Of a stretch of 64,000 nt of DNA, positions 37,679 to 51,720 are shown one piece after another (positions within the stretch are counted from its first letter, which is position 1; each line of letters opens with the position of its first letter). Source of the stretch: Octopus sinensis (Eukaryota); contig NC_043008.1 of the NCBI RefSeq assembly GCF_006345805.1, positions 53,940,001 to 54,004,000 of the forward strand, given 5' to 3'. Position numbers and translations under genes: made by a program. Under the pieces are notes generated by a model that was not told the origin of the DNA, did not search any database, and worked only from the letters and a program-made list of their open reading frames with translations.

Positions 37679-38810
37679 TTAGGTTGTCAAGAAAGTTCTT
37701 GCGATTTTTAACCTTTAAATTCAGATGCACATATCTCGGCTCAAACAAAACTTTATTATCGAAACAAATACCATCAGAATCAATACACTTTTGCCAACAC
37801 AAAACAATTTTATGTTCCCAGTAGCGTAAAAATCCTGCCTTCTGGTGGCGAGGAAGTCGCTGAAGGTGTGTTTGGCATCGTCTTGGTTTTTGAAGCATTT
37901 CTCACTCAGGAAGTTGTCGAGATGTTTGTAAAGTGGTAGTCGGTAGGCAAGAGGTCTGGTGAGTATGGCGGATGAGGCAGAATTTCGTAGCCCATTTGTT
38001 CAATTTCTGCAGGGTCAGTTGTGCCACGTACGGCCGAGCATTGTCGTGGAGAAGAATTGGTCCGTTTCTATTGACCAAGGCTGGCTGTTATTGTCGGGGA
38101 TTCTTATGCATTTCATCCATTTGATGTCAGTACTTCTTTGCCGTAATGGTTTCGCCTGGATCCAAAAAGCTGTGATGGATGAGACCGGCCGTAGACCACC
38201 AAACAGTCACCGTGACTTCTTCGGTGCAACTGTGACTTCGGGAAGTGCCGTAGAGCTTCGTCGGCGTTCTTGTTGCGTAAAAGAAGAGAGGACAACACTT
38301 CAAAACGGCGGGGTTTTTTTTTTTGTTTTTGTTTTTTTCCTTGTCGTTCAATTCGTGCGGCACCCATTTCTGAAGACGTTTTGCTTTTCCAATCTGTTTC
38401 AAATGGTTGGAAATTGTCGTATACGTTACGTCTAATTCAGAAGCAAGCTCTCGAACAGTTGTGCGTAGATTGGCTTCGACTAAGGCTCTTAGTTGATCGT
38501 TGTCAACATCCGATGGCCGACAACTACGCTTATCATCTTCAAGACTCCCGTCACCGCTACGAAATTTCTTGAACCACCTTGTGCTGTACGTTCATTATTG
38601 ATTCCTGGGCCAAACGCATCGTTGATATTGCAAGCTGTTTCAGCAGTTTTTCGACCTAGCTTGAACTGGAATAAGAAAATTGTACGAATTTGATTTTTGT
38701 CCATGTTGTATTCAACGTTCCAGAAAAAATCGCCTAATTATTCAAAAAGAAAAAGAGTAAGACGATTAGATAGAGCCAAAAACGGCTTTAAAATGATATA
38801 TAGTCAAAGT
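37679..38810 (-). mobile_element. Decayed cecropia-type (Hsmar1-like) mariner
   Basis: TA|TTAGGTTG TIR; MDKNQIRTIFLFQFKLGRKTAETA (ATG 38704), KWVPHEL, VTVWWSTAGLIHHSFLDPGETIT, PHPPYSPDL, WQKCIDSDG; internal deletion removes the first catalytic Asp region. Confidence 0.92.
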
Positions 38811-38814
38811 AATT

Positions 38815-38884
38815 TATGCTTGTGTGTGAGTATGTGTGTATATATATGTGTGTGTGTATATATGTATATACGTATATATGTATG

Positions 38885-38945
<61 letters not shown>

Positions 38946-39089
38946 ATATGTATATGTATATATATATATATGTATGCGTGTAAAAATATATATGAATATA
39001 TATATATATGTGTGTGTGTTGTATATATATAAAAACATATATATATACATGCATATGTATATATATATATATGAACTGCAGTTTTTACC

Positions 39090-39128
<39 letters not shown>

Positions 39129-39152
39129 GTATATATATGTATGTATAGATAC

Positions 39153-39217
<65 letters not shown>

Positions 39218-39410
39218 TACATTCATATATCATACGGGTATGCACACAATATTCACTATGCAGGTATAAATGCATTTATGTGTGCATATGATATCATTCG
39301 TACATCAGTATACATGTGCGTGTGTGTGTGTGTGCGTGTGTGTGTGTGTGTGCATGTGTGTGTGTGCGTGTGTGTGTGTGTATGTGTGTGTGTGTGTGTG
39401 TGCATACACA
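38815..39410. repeat. (TA)n/(TG)n compound microsatellite
   Basis: Directly visible. Confidence 0.95.
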
Positions 39411-40094
39411 TTTGATATTTAAATCGACTCTTTTTCTTTATCTATGTAATAGCTTCCAATTCAATTAGCTAACAGGAAAATGTTCCACGGCATATTTAAA
39501 TCCCACATAAGTTAATGTAAGCTAATACAAATCCAAAATATGCTTGGCAGAGATAATGAACCGTAATTAGATTTACATAACTCAATACTGTTCGATACTG
39601 TTGACTATTTTGTTAATAAACTTTACTCAGTATTCTTTACTCGTTGTGAGAAGATGCTGGAAATGGATATAGATTTTCATTTATTCCGTATTTAATTGAA
39701 ATTAATGATTTGTAGCGCTGTTGCCCTTTTATTACGAGAATTATATCTATTAAGTTTCTTCTCACAACAAACATTATAATCTAAATGAATTTTGGTTTCG
39801 TGCGCTTAAGTATTTTTGTGCTTTGTGTTTTATCTCGTTTTGTCCATTTACTATTTGATATTATCTTACCCAGCAATACAACTGCATACGAAACAACTTG
39901 GAGACCCATGCATGGTTGCTGCGCTTTATAGAAGCACAACTTGCATAATACAGACCTAAATGTGGAATGCCAGAGAGAAGTACAAAACTGGAATTACATA
40001 AGAAACCTTTTTCCTGGACCTGTTTGATCATGGCTACTCTAGGATGACACAATACAACCACAAATGAAATTACATAGCTACAGCTTTTCAGCAT

Positions 40095-40479
40095 TGCGAC
40101 ATTTATATGAATACAGTGTATAAAGATGTAGCTGTTAGTCTGCGTTTTCAGCCATTACAAGCATGCAATGATTCTTTGATGTGGTCACACCACTTGCTAG
40201 AAATAGCAGCACAATCTTTCTCTGCGACATTTATAGGAATACAATGGATAACGATGTAGCTGTCAGTCTACGTTTACCGTCATTACAAGCATGCAATGAT
40301 TATCTGATGTAGTCACACCACTTGCTAGAAATAGCAGCATGATCTTTCTCTGCGACATTTATATGAATACTATGTATAACGATGTAGCTGTCAGTCTACG
40401 TATTTAGTCATTACAAGCATACAAAGATTCTCTGATTGTGGTCACACCACTTGCTAGAAATAGTAGCATCATCTTTCTC
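40095..40479 (+). repeat. Tandem repeat, 3 x 128 bp
   Basis: Units start TGCGACATTTAT at 40095, 40223 and 40351. Confidence 0.92.
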
Positions 40480-40769
40480 AAATAACAGCCTACTGTTCTT
40501 TAGAAATGGAATGACATGTTAGTTAACGTACACCTCAGCTGATTATCTGTGAAAAGTAAAGATAGGATGATATCGTTTGGAAAACGTTTAAACATAAATT
40601 TGCTGGATAAAAGTTGATTTGAGATGAAACAACAAGACTATAACTCTAGATTATGTATGAAACGTGTTTCATATAAACACAAGCGATTTAATACCATAAA
40701 GTTAGCGTTTGATCTACGTCGGAACGATAAATATATATCCAAAGGAGATCAGAACAAAAAGAGGGCAAT

Positions 40770-40770
40770 A

Positions 40771-40812
<42 letters not shown>

Positions 40813-40928
40813 GTAGTGGTGGTGGTGGTGGTGGTGATGATGATGATGATGATGATGATGATGGTGGTGATGGTGGTGATGGTGGCAGCGACATCATCAT
40901 CATCATCAGCAGCAGCAGCAGTAGCAGC

Positions 40929-40964
<36 letters not shown>

Positions 40965-41050
40965 TGTAGTAGTAGTGAGGATAGTGATGATGGTGATGAG
41001 GATGATGATGATGACGTCGACGGCGACGACGATGACAACGACTATGATGA
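40770..41050. repeat. Compound trinucleotide microsatellite (GAT/GGT/CAG/TAG)
   Basis: Directly visible. Confidence 0.9.
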
Positions 41051-42492
41051 TACTTTCTAACATAATCCTTAATAATAATATAAAATGACAAAGAAGAATG
41101 CGCAGTCAATTTATGACGTTGTAGAGTCGAGTGGGTGTAGAGATGATGACGTTACAGAGAGTCATCTTTTGTGAAGATAAGTGGAAAGGAAAGCGAAAGA
41201 ATAAAATTGAAGAAGGATAAAAAAAAATTCATTGAGAAAAAGGCAAATGTGAAGCATGCTAAACAAAGGGTAAGAGGAAGAAAGCAGAATCAAGGTTTTG
41301 AACAGAGAATATCGGAAGTTCTCTCGTAGAAATAAACGTTTCGGACTTATAGTAAAGTGCGTATAAGCTATTAAGTGTATACATGTGTACATGTGAGAGA
41401 ATGAGCGACAGAGCACAGAGAATCAGTACGTGAAATGTATTATGTGCAAAGGCAGACGAGTGTATATGTGTGTAATATTGAGAGAATTGAGTATGTGAGA
41501 AGTAGTTGTAGGTGTGAATAAGAAATAATAATATAAAGCCTAGACACCCCCACCCACACACACACTCATTGCCTTTCAATTGTGTGTATGTGTATCTATG
41601 TGTGTGCATGAGTGTGTATTGGTGTTTGTGTGTGTGTGTGATTGTTGAAGTTGTGTTTGGAAACTGTGAATAAGGTACAAGTTTCGAGTAGTCGTTGGTA
41701 ACTTATTGTTTTTTTTCTCCTCGTCTTCTAAAAGTAATTACCCAGCTTTCTAGGCTCTTCTCACAGCTATCCTGCGTTAAAAAATTATACGGGTATTTTT
41801 TTTTTAATTTTCATTCAATAAATAATGTTTTTACATTACGTGTACATTAATAGCGAATTCAATCTTAAAAGAGAAAGTCTGAGACTTCATAAATGAAAGT
41901 GGAATTCTCTGCAGTGAATGCAATGAATATTTAAATTTGTGATGAATTGGACGCAGTGAATATTTAAATTTGCGAGAAATTGGAGATTTAAAAATTCAGT
42001 AAACTTGAGAAATCGAAATTATAGGGAATTTCTTAAAACCTGAATTTATAAAAATATTTCCAGACGGTCAACCCTTTAATAATTGCTTTCTTTTAGTTCT
42101 TTTAGTAATTGTTATATACCCAATTGATAAGCAGCTTTCTCCATTATAATATAGATATAACACGAGCACAAGAACACAAAACTGTCGTGAGAGTATAAGT
42201 GATTAAATCGGTTCAGTATATTGCTGCAACGCCAATAAGCGAATACCGAACAAATCACTTCCTACTGTCTTAAAAAAGTGAATACACATTAAATCAGCAT
42301 TTAATAGATACCCCTGTTTCTTAAGGTAAAATATCTCTTAATAAAATTTAATATTAAATCATTCCATAAAAATTATATTCTCCATTTTAAAATATTAAGT
42401 TATTATGTCATGCTTCCAATATTAATGTATCCTTCTCTCTCTTTCTCCCTCTATTTTTCTCTCCCTCTGTCTCTCTCTCTCTCAATCACACA

Positions 42493-42524
<32 letters not shown>

Positions 42525-43334
42525 TCCTTTCTCTATTACGGTTTTAGGATGGTGAGGATTGTTCTTAAAACATAGATGTAAGTTCCATGATTTTTTAACA
42601 GAAATTTGTATGAAAGCCGCGACAAAATAAATTTAAGAAACTGTATTTAATAATACAAACGTAAATACATTATAATTGGATACAAAGACTGAACAGTCAC
42701 TGCGCTCTATCTTTCATCTTAGATCTACTGGATCAGGTATGAACTAGCACTATGAACAACAAGAACAAATGGTACTTATTCATTGGAGATGATGAAACAC
42801 AAAGTAAACCCGTGTGGGATCAAATTAATTAATTCATTAAAAATATAAAAATAAGTAATTAAACCGATTAATTTTATTCTCTGCGGACTAAACTATCAAT
42901 ACTGAAACAATATCATAAAGAAAAAAAAATCGTCATCGTTTGTAAATTAAAACTTCCTGTTATCAACACAAAATAATTTTCTTCTGATATGATATCTAGT
43001 TTATATTTTAAAGGATATCTTCCTTTATTTACTGTTTATGTGGAATGTTATTTTGTCATGTTTGTTTCAGTTTTAATTTTTTTGTTTTGTTTGTTTTATT
43101 TCTTAACATTTTATATAATTTTGTGTTGCAAAATTTGAATCACATTATATCTTTGGAGAAATTTCAACGCCCTGATGAAATATTTTCAGAATGAATCGTT
43201 TCAATCTTAACAGAATACTTTCTATATCCACGTAAAACACACATATACACATACATGCGTGCGCATGTACAAATATGCAAACACATCCACAAATTAAATT
43301 GTGTGCTTAAAACGAGCATATACATACTTACTAC

Positions 43335-43569
43335 TACTCTCTTTACTCTTTTACTCTTTTACTTGTTTCAGTCATTTGACTGCGGCCATGCTGGAGCACC
43401 GCATTTAGTCGAGCAAATCGACCCCGGAACCTATTCTTTGTCAGCCTAGTACTTATTCTATCGGTCTCTTTTGCCGAACCACTAAGTTACGGGGATATAA
43501 ACACAGCAGCATCGGCTGTCAAGCAATGTTAGGGGGACAAACACAGACACACAAACATATACACACACG

Positions 43570-43617
<48 letters not shown>

Positions 43618-43736
43618 TATATTATATTAAATTAGAGATAAAACCACTATTAGGCAAATCATACAATGAAAAACATAAGATTAATTAATTTATATTATTT
43701 TAAATATATATCAAAATTATTAAAAAAAGATAATTA

Positions 43737-43777
<41 letters not shown>

Positions 43778-43940
43778 TACGACGGGCTTCTTTCAGTTTC
43801 CGTCTACCAAAACCACTCACAAGGCTTTGGTCGGCCCGAGGCTATAGTAGAAGACACTTGTCAAGGTGCCACGCTATGTGACTGAACCCGGAACCATGTG
43901 GTTGGTAAGCAAGCTACTTACCACACAGCCACTCCTGCGC
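43335..43940 (-). mobile_element. SINE family A with a ~125-bp AT-rich insert in its internal (TA)n
   Basis: Full SINE; foreign block at about 43612-43737. Confidence 0.88.
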
Positions 43941-46900
43941 CTATGCTGTATTATTTTGTTTTGCTTTTGTTGTCGTTTGGTTTGTTGCTGTTGCTGTTTA
44001 GCCCTGCATCGATTCTCACCGATCAGACAAACCATCAAAAACATTCCTACAGTAACTAATATAAACATTCCTTATTGAAGACATGGGTGATTATGGTGCT
44101 ATGTTTAATATAAAGGAATCCGACGTGAAATCTGAGATTCAGAAATTTTTCCGGAAAGCTTTCTTATGACGTTGTATTCTCTTAAAGCGTTGAAATGGTT
44201 CATGATGACGTCACTAGAGCTGCTGCTGTTCTGAGATTTATAACAGAAAAGCAAAGCGATGAAATAGAGTTTTGATGCTGGTATCAATTATGAAGTTGAT
44301 ACAAGTGGTGGCTTAATAGAAACATGGGTACATCAGATACAATGTTTTGCTGGGTTTGTTCTGACCCTCTACGTACTGTGTTCAAATACCGTCGCAATCA
44401 TCTAGACATGTCCTCCTTGTGGGTTCGATAAGAGTATAGTTCTCTCCCAGTTCTGGGGTCGATATAACCGACTATACCACTCCCCTAAGTATTGTTTTCA
44501 AATTTTAGCACTAGATCATCAAATTCAGAGGTTGGGTAAGTTGATTTCATTAAAGCCAGCGCTCAACAGGTACGTATTTTATCGATCTTCAAAAGATGAA
44601 AGCTAAAGCCGACCTCTGTGGAATATGAACTCAGAACGTAAAAACGGTGAATTAACCGAATCGTTAGAGCGTTGGATTAAATGTATTGAAACATTTATTC
44701 TGACTCTCTACTTCCTAAGTTCAAACCCGCCGAGAACTATTTCTCGGTCATCCTTTTGAGTCAATAAAATATATACCAATCACGTGCTGAGGTCGTCACA
44801 CTCGACGTTTCTTTTCATCAAAATTTTAAATTTTGCATCTAATATAAGGAATCGTAAATTATATCGTTAATTCGTGCTACGTATTTTATAGAAAAACAAA
44901 TTATCCGATTATTTTATATTTTTCTTTAACATTTCATTCTTGTATATTCCCACGATGCATTCACTTCTAAAGATTTAGTTATTTAATAAACGTCTGGCTT
45001 ATTTGATTGTCAACGACAATAGCATCGTGTACCGAGATACTTCAGAGGAATTTATGTCCAACTTTTATCCTCCTTGTATAATATGTATATTTACTCATGA
45101 ATAATTTAGTACTGCAAATATTCCGAATTTATTCTATACGTCAGGGTAATGTGACACAATACGGTATTCTAATGTTGTAAATATTTACTATCTTTCACTT
45201 CAAAGGCCAGCTGGTTAATCGCTGCATCTATGTACTGCGTAATTCTGTCAGCCTTTCATTTGGAGTTATAAGACATTGCATAACGAAATTTATTCGAATA
45301 CAATGTATTATAATGGCATCACAGTAAGTTATATAATAGTCAGTTTATCGCCATATTTTATGGCGTGCCTGCCTTAGCTTGTATGTGTTTACCTGCGCAC
45401 ATTCCATATGAAGCACGATAAAATGCATAAAAAATATATAACGTGCGAATTAAAATTACATTACATATAAAGCACGAATTCCCATTTTCATATGAAGGTT
45501 ACTTTGAAAAATATTCCTATTTTCACCTTGATTCTATCATAAGCTTATGTGGTTGCTGCTGCTGCTGCTGCCGCTGCTGCTTCCCTCGTTGCTGTCACCG
45601 ACCACATTACGAAGATATCAGATATACAAGATGAATGACACCAGCATTGTCCTTCTTTACTTTGTAAGAGTTTCATCAAAATTTATAGAAAGGTTTCAGG
45701 CATTGTTAGCACGATTTGCAGTAAATCTCTAATTGGTACTGAAATGTGGTATTTGTGCCAAATCGGAAATCGTTTGTTGGTTTGCCTTTTATTGGAGTCT
45801 CATTTCTGTTTGGGAGGATTTGAGAAATAGCTAATTCCCAACAGTGTGTGTAAATGTAAGATTTAGTCCAGACACGATACAGATGCGAAAAGTTTATAAC
45901 AATTCCCAGCATGGAAATAAAACCATAAGGCTTTGGAAGATGACCCCAGACTATTGAATTGGCTAGTTTTTATTGCGTGGAATCTAGAAGAATGAAAGGT
46001 AATGTCGAGTGTGTTGAGGTTTGAACAATTGCTCTTCATTCTTTTGATTCTGCCAATCAAAAGCATAAAATGGATCCCCATCGGCTTCGACAAAGAGAAT
46101 TCATTTGTTTGATCGGCAGAATTACAGAATTACCATCTCTTTGAGTTAGAATGTGACTAAGTATTCCGCAGACAAGAATACTTTGAACCCTGATTCCCGG
46201 GAAGAATCAACATGATATTGTTTGACAAGACTAGACTTTTAAATAGAAATAACGGACTTCTAAACTATTTCCTTCAAGCCCATTTCACTCACAACTCGAG
46301 CCCCAGGCGATAGTAGATTCCACTTACCCAATATTCCATGCAGTAAGAAGGAACTCGGAACGTCGAAATTGCAAAGCAAATTTCTTGACTATTTGGTCGT
46401 AATGCTTTCTTTCAATAAGAGCATCTTACTAGAATATTACTAGAATACATGGATGACCTTGTAGTTAAGGTACTCGACTAATACTCATAATATCGTGGGT
46501 TCAATTTCTAGATCGACTATCACACTGTATTCTTAAGTAATACACTTCATTTCAAGTTGCTGCAGTCGACTCAGCTGTAAATAGGTGCCACCTAGTTCCT
46601 GTCCAGCTCTCTGTATATCTGTCAGTTTTTCTCTCTCTCTCTCTCTCATACACACACACACTCACTCACTCATTCACTCACTCTTTCTCATTGTGTGTCT
46701 CCAGCTGTCCCGTCCTTGATGTGCTGTTGGTCCATTGGTAAGTGGGACGAGACAGTGTCTTTGTCGTCGGATCCCCACTATATAGATACCTAAAACAGTT
46801 AATGAAACAATTGTAAGGCATTGTACATGTTGCCAAGCCATACATTCGTCTAAGTTCGTTCAAAGTTTTAAAATAGTGTTACCAGAATTCATAGGAATTT

Positions 46901-47159
46901 TTAATACACGCTGCAACGAGAATATTTCTATTGTCACTTTTGCATCAAATCTTGAATCATCTATTGGATTGTCCATTATTGGAGTTCCATTTCCAAGACT
47001 GCGTAAAAACTTAGGAGTGTACTGCTATGATTTCTTAAAGAAATCTTAAAATTCACTAATTACTCTTTTAACACTTTCATGTTAAAAAATTAAATATATT
47101 ATTAAAATAAAGCCTTATAATTATCATTTATGGGAGTAAAAGAGAAGTGGATAGACATA

Positions 47160-47306
47160 CAGTCGTGGCCAAGAGTTTGGAACATAGGTCTGAAAATTAG
47201 AATTTTTTAAATGCCCAAATAGATACGTTGTATATATTTGAATCGAATCTAACCTGGGCGTAACAGTTTTTATTTTTTTAATGTTCCAAACTTTTGACCA
47301 CGACTG
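47160..47306. mobile_element. Tc1-type MITE, 147 bp
   Basis: 26-bp TIRs CAGTCGTGGCCAAGAGTTTGGAACAT / ATGTTCCAAACTTTTGACCACGACTG (2 mismatches); left flank TA, right flank CA. Confidence 0.85.
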
Positions 47307-48149
47307 CAATCGTAAAAGAATTGGGCAAAATACCACGTGATATTCAGATGCGACCCTTTAAATTCTGAATTCATATCCCTATCCCAACGAGATCTACTTT
47401 GATGTTCATTTTCCGCGTATCAGTAAAACAAAGTAATAGCTGTAACGTATTGGGGCCGATTTAATTGTATATCCCCTTCTGCCGAAATGTGGAGCCCATT
47501 TATAATTTCGTCCCTCGTAATTTTAATTATAAGGTTAAATAGAAATGTTTTTCTAAGCTACATTATGGCTTGGCATAGTAACTAAATTATTTTTTAGTTC
47601 TTTCATGAGAGTTGAGAATGTAAAGTTTAAATTGAAGCTGGATTAAGAATAATTTATAAATAACTAAATGACGTATATGGATTTGTAGTTTTTTTATCCT
47701 AATGGCTTAAGAACAGAACGTAGGTATGTAGGCTTAATTCACTCCTCGATTATTTATTAACACTGACTTGTCTACAGAAAACCACTTAGACTTTGTATTT
47801 CGTAATTTCAGTGTCAATAAAGAAATTACAGAATAGATTAAATATCGATGCCATATTGATTGTAAGATCTATAGCTTTTTGGTTTGGTTTCTTGGTATTT
47901 GAAATTCGCAATAGAATACCAGCCTTTCTAGAAACATATGCTACCGTGATATATATACTTTAATAATGGAAACTTGGACAAGCTCCAAAATCTTTACAAA
48001 TATCTTGGAAAAAGAAGAAAAACTTACATTGACAAATGTAAACTGTATTCCTTAGGAACTACGAAGCGTGATGTTACTGACATATATTGAAAATTGAAAA
48101 ATTCGGTGAAAATGGAATTCAAATCGTTGACGCAGTATAACAACTCATA

Positions 48150-48395
48150 TTAGATATTTCTTGGCAAAGTCACTTAATATTGGTTTCAAATTTTGGCACA
48201 AGACCAGCAAGTTGCGTGAGGGTTTAAGTCGATTACATCGACCCCAGTCCTCAACTGGTACTTATCTTATCAACTTCGAAATGATGAAAGGCAAAGTCGA
48301 CTTCGGAGGAATTTCTTTTCAGAATGTAAAGACAAACGAAATGGCGCTAAACATTTTGCCCGCCGTGCTAACGATTCTACCACTTCGCCGTCTTA
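48150..48395 (-). mobile_element. Diverged SINE family B
   Basis: GATGAAAGGCAAAGTCGAC.TCGG motif. Confidence 0.7.
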
Positions 48396-48984
48396 ATGTC
48401 ACTTAATATTGATTAGACAAACTAAATCCCAAAGAGCTTCCTTTTTATGCTCCGAAACTAACATAGTAGTTGCATCTTTAGTTGTCTATTGACCCACAAT
48501 GATATACTCTGCCCGTATTTTGAACAGCACTGCTACTACATACAGAAACGTACTTGACTTCGTATATAATAAAGCCATCAAGCTGATTCCCAATGATTCA
48601 CACAGCAAAGCATTAAAATTGAATGACGATTTTAAGCTGATGTTGTTTCAGTTGCGTTCACCGAGTCTATTTGCAAAGACTTTTATCATACATCAAGTCA
48701 TTTACTTACAACATTTTTACCTCTCATAGGACATCTAATTACAACCTAACGGAAATCCTTCATAATGACATTTCTAAACTAACTTGTTCATTATAGCTTA
48801 TCTCAGATAAAACATCGTTATTAATCAAATGAGAAAGAGTATTACCAGTATTTACCTTCTTAATCCCAAAGTAATTAATTTCACTATATTAATTAACCGA
48901 GCTAGCAATGATTTCTAGTTAGCATATGTTTACTATCTTCAAGATTCTTTTTTATTTTTTGCTTAAATACAAATTCTACACTTA

Positions 48985-49137
48985 ATAGGCGCAAGTGTGG
49001 CTGTATAGATAAGACGCTTGCTTTCCAGCCCTGAAGAGCAAGTGTCTTCTACTCTGAACTCTGGCTGACCAGTGGCTTACGAGTAGGTTTGGCACATGGT
49101 AACTGAAAGAAGCTCGTCCTGTACATAAGCGTGTGTG

Positions 49138-49169
<32 letters not shown>

Positions 49170-49390
49170 ATTATATATATATATTATGCGGTGTCTTTGT
49201 GCTCACCGTCACGTGATAAACAGTGTCGATTTGTTTACGTCCACGTAATTTAGCAATTCGGCTAAATAGATTGATAGAATGAGTGCCAGGCTTTAAAATA
49301 GGTTCTGGGATCGATTAGTCTGATTTAAAATTCGTCAACGCGGGGCTCCATCATTGGCCGTTATCTAATGACTGAAACGAGGTAAAGAAA
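48985..49390 (+). mobile_element. Diverged SINE family A
   Basis: Head, internal (TA)n and tail recognisable. Confidence 0.65.
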
Positions 49391-49556
49391 AAGAGAAAAC
49401 TGAGATATACATTACACAAAAGAGAGACCCAAATTATTACACTAAATTCATCAATGGAAGTGTGCATACATGTGTACATAAACACATATGCGTATATCCA
49501 TAAATACAAACACACACACACACACACACACATGCATATATATATATATAATATAT

Positions 49557-49598
<42 letters not shown>

Positions 49599-49609
49599 AT
49601 ATATAATAT

Positions 49610-49652
<43 letters not shown>

Positions 49653-50817
49653 TTATTTTTCACACATTCACATATCAACATGCATACACATAAGTGTGTG
49701 TGTCTGTGTATGTCTGTGCGTTTATATGCGTACTGAGCATAGTATATGATGTCCGTAATTCTCAACATTAAATTGTCTCACGATAAAAAGATACCTTGTT
49801 CTATCAAGGAACGAAAAGATGGCAACACCGGAGTCACCTGGCATCCATGTTCTCACTTTTCATAGTTCACATTATTATTCTGAAAAAAACTGGTAATCAC
49901 TAAATGGTAGAGCAGACCACTCGGATAAGATAGATTCCGATGGTTCTCTATCCATAGCGAATTTTTACAAACGGAAACAGAAAACGAATGTCAAACTATG
50001 TTGAAAACAAAATTGTCGATGAAAAGTTCGCTCAAAATTTGAAATATTGACAACGAACACTTACGTACCTATTCAACTGTTGAGAAAAAGTTAGATGTCT
50101 TCAAAAAAAAACAACAAAGAATTTGAATGGAGGAGCGATCGAAACAAGCAGCAGGCCAATCAACAGAGATATAGCGAGACTGTAAACAAAAGCAAACGGT
50201 TAGGCTGGGTATTTCGAACAACACACCGTATAATTAAAGCAGACGATAGAAAGAAGTGACGATAGAAAGCTGTCAAAACAACAGTGAAAATATAATAGAT
50301 GAACAACCTATGGGACATAACTGAAAAACTGGAAGCTGACTTCAATAATAGTAACAATAATAATAATAATAATAATATTAGGCACAACCTTTCCAAATCT
50401 GTCCGTGCATGAAATAAAGAAAAAGAATATAAAAACAACGCAGAGATGAAGGTAATACACACACACACACACACACACACGTCTCAATCAATGAGAAACG
50501 AACAGGAGTTTTTGTCATTTATTAATTGATATTATTCTCTATGCTCTCCTGACGCTTTACTCAGAAGCAGAAATAGTGGCTATTAGTATCTCTATCCCTA
50601 AGCGAAATCATTATATATCTATCTGTCTCTCTGCATCTGCACGCGCGCACGCAAGCGCGCGTGTGTGTGTATGTGTGTGTGTGTGTGTGTGCAGTTTATG
50701 CTTGAAATCAAAATTTCTATCACTTCTCAGATATTTATTATTATTATTATTATTTATATTTTATTATCATAATCATTATTATTATTATTATCATTATTAT
50801 TTGTTGTTGTTGTTGTT

Positions 50818-50990
50818 GAAGCGGTTAGCTAGTCATTTCGTCCGTCTTTACATTCTGAGTTCAACTTTCACCGAGGTCGATTTCATCCTTTCGCGGTCGA
50901 TAAATTAAGTACCAGTGAAACTCTGAGATCGATGTAATCGACTCAGCCACTCCCCCAAAATTCCTCTCCTTATGGCAAAATTTGAAACCA
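50818..50990 (+). mobile_element. SINE family B with (ATT)n tail
   Basis: Family motifs; tail runs into (ATT)n at 50990-51215. Confidence 0.8.
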
Positions 50991-51050
50991 TTATTATTAT
51001 TATTATTATTATTATATTATTATATTATTATTATTATTATTATTATTATC

Positions 51051-51087
<37 letters not shown>

Positions 51088-51178
51088 TATTATCATTATT
51101 ATTATTATTATTATTATCATTATCATCATAATCATCATTATCGTCATCATCATCATTATCATTATCATTATTATTATA

Positions 51179-51214
<36 letters not shown>

Positions 51215-51215
51215 G

Positions 51216-51720
51216 AGTGAGAGAGCAGTGCATGCCATCAAAGTGACACTGGGGTAAAATATTCGAAGCCCAGTATACCCATCATGACTACCCGTCTGAT
51301 TAGGGTACACCAGGCATCACAACCATATGTGCGCGCCATGATGATCTCATATCAAGATAAACAGCACATGACCTTGCAGGTGGGGCCCAGTTACAATTTT
51401 CTTCTGGTCGAGTAGCCCATCCCGCTCAAAAGGATATTGAACGAACAACCCATGTTTCCAACTGTGAATTATCCAAACCTCCAAGAATCCATTTCAACAC
51501 ACGGCTATGATGCTCCCCCACTACTTCTGCTCATGATCAGATATGCACATATCGTCAGCCTCTAAGGGACATGCTCAACTGGTTACGGTCAAACAACTGA
51601 CAAGCAAATCCATGGTACTGAGCAGAATATTTGCTATAGCCCATCTTTTGTACATGATAGCACTTCCAATCAGATAAGATCAGAAGCCTTGAGAGCCACT
51701 GCCTGGTACTGCATCAGGGC
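51216..51720 (-). mobile_element. Non-coding 3' end of a retroelement embedded in (TAA)n, Dong/R4-like
   Basis: 500-bp GC-richer block flanked on both sides by (TTA)n, ending in (AAT)n on the minus strand; no ORF. Confidence 0.5.

Noticed and set aside
44206-44213. Perfect CRE site TGACGTCA
   Set aside because: About one occurrence is expected by chance in 64 kb; no promoter context.
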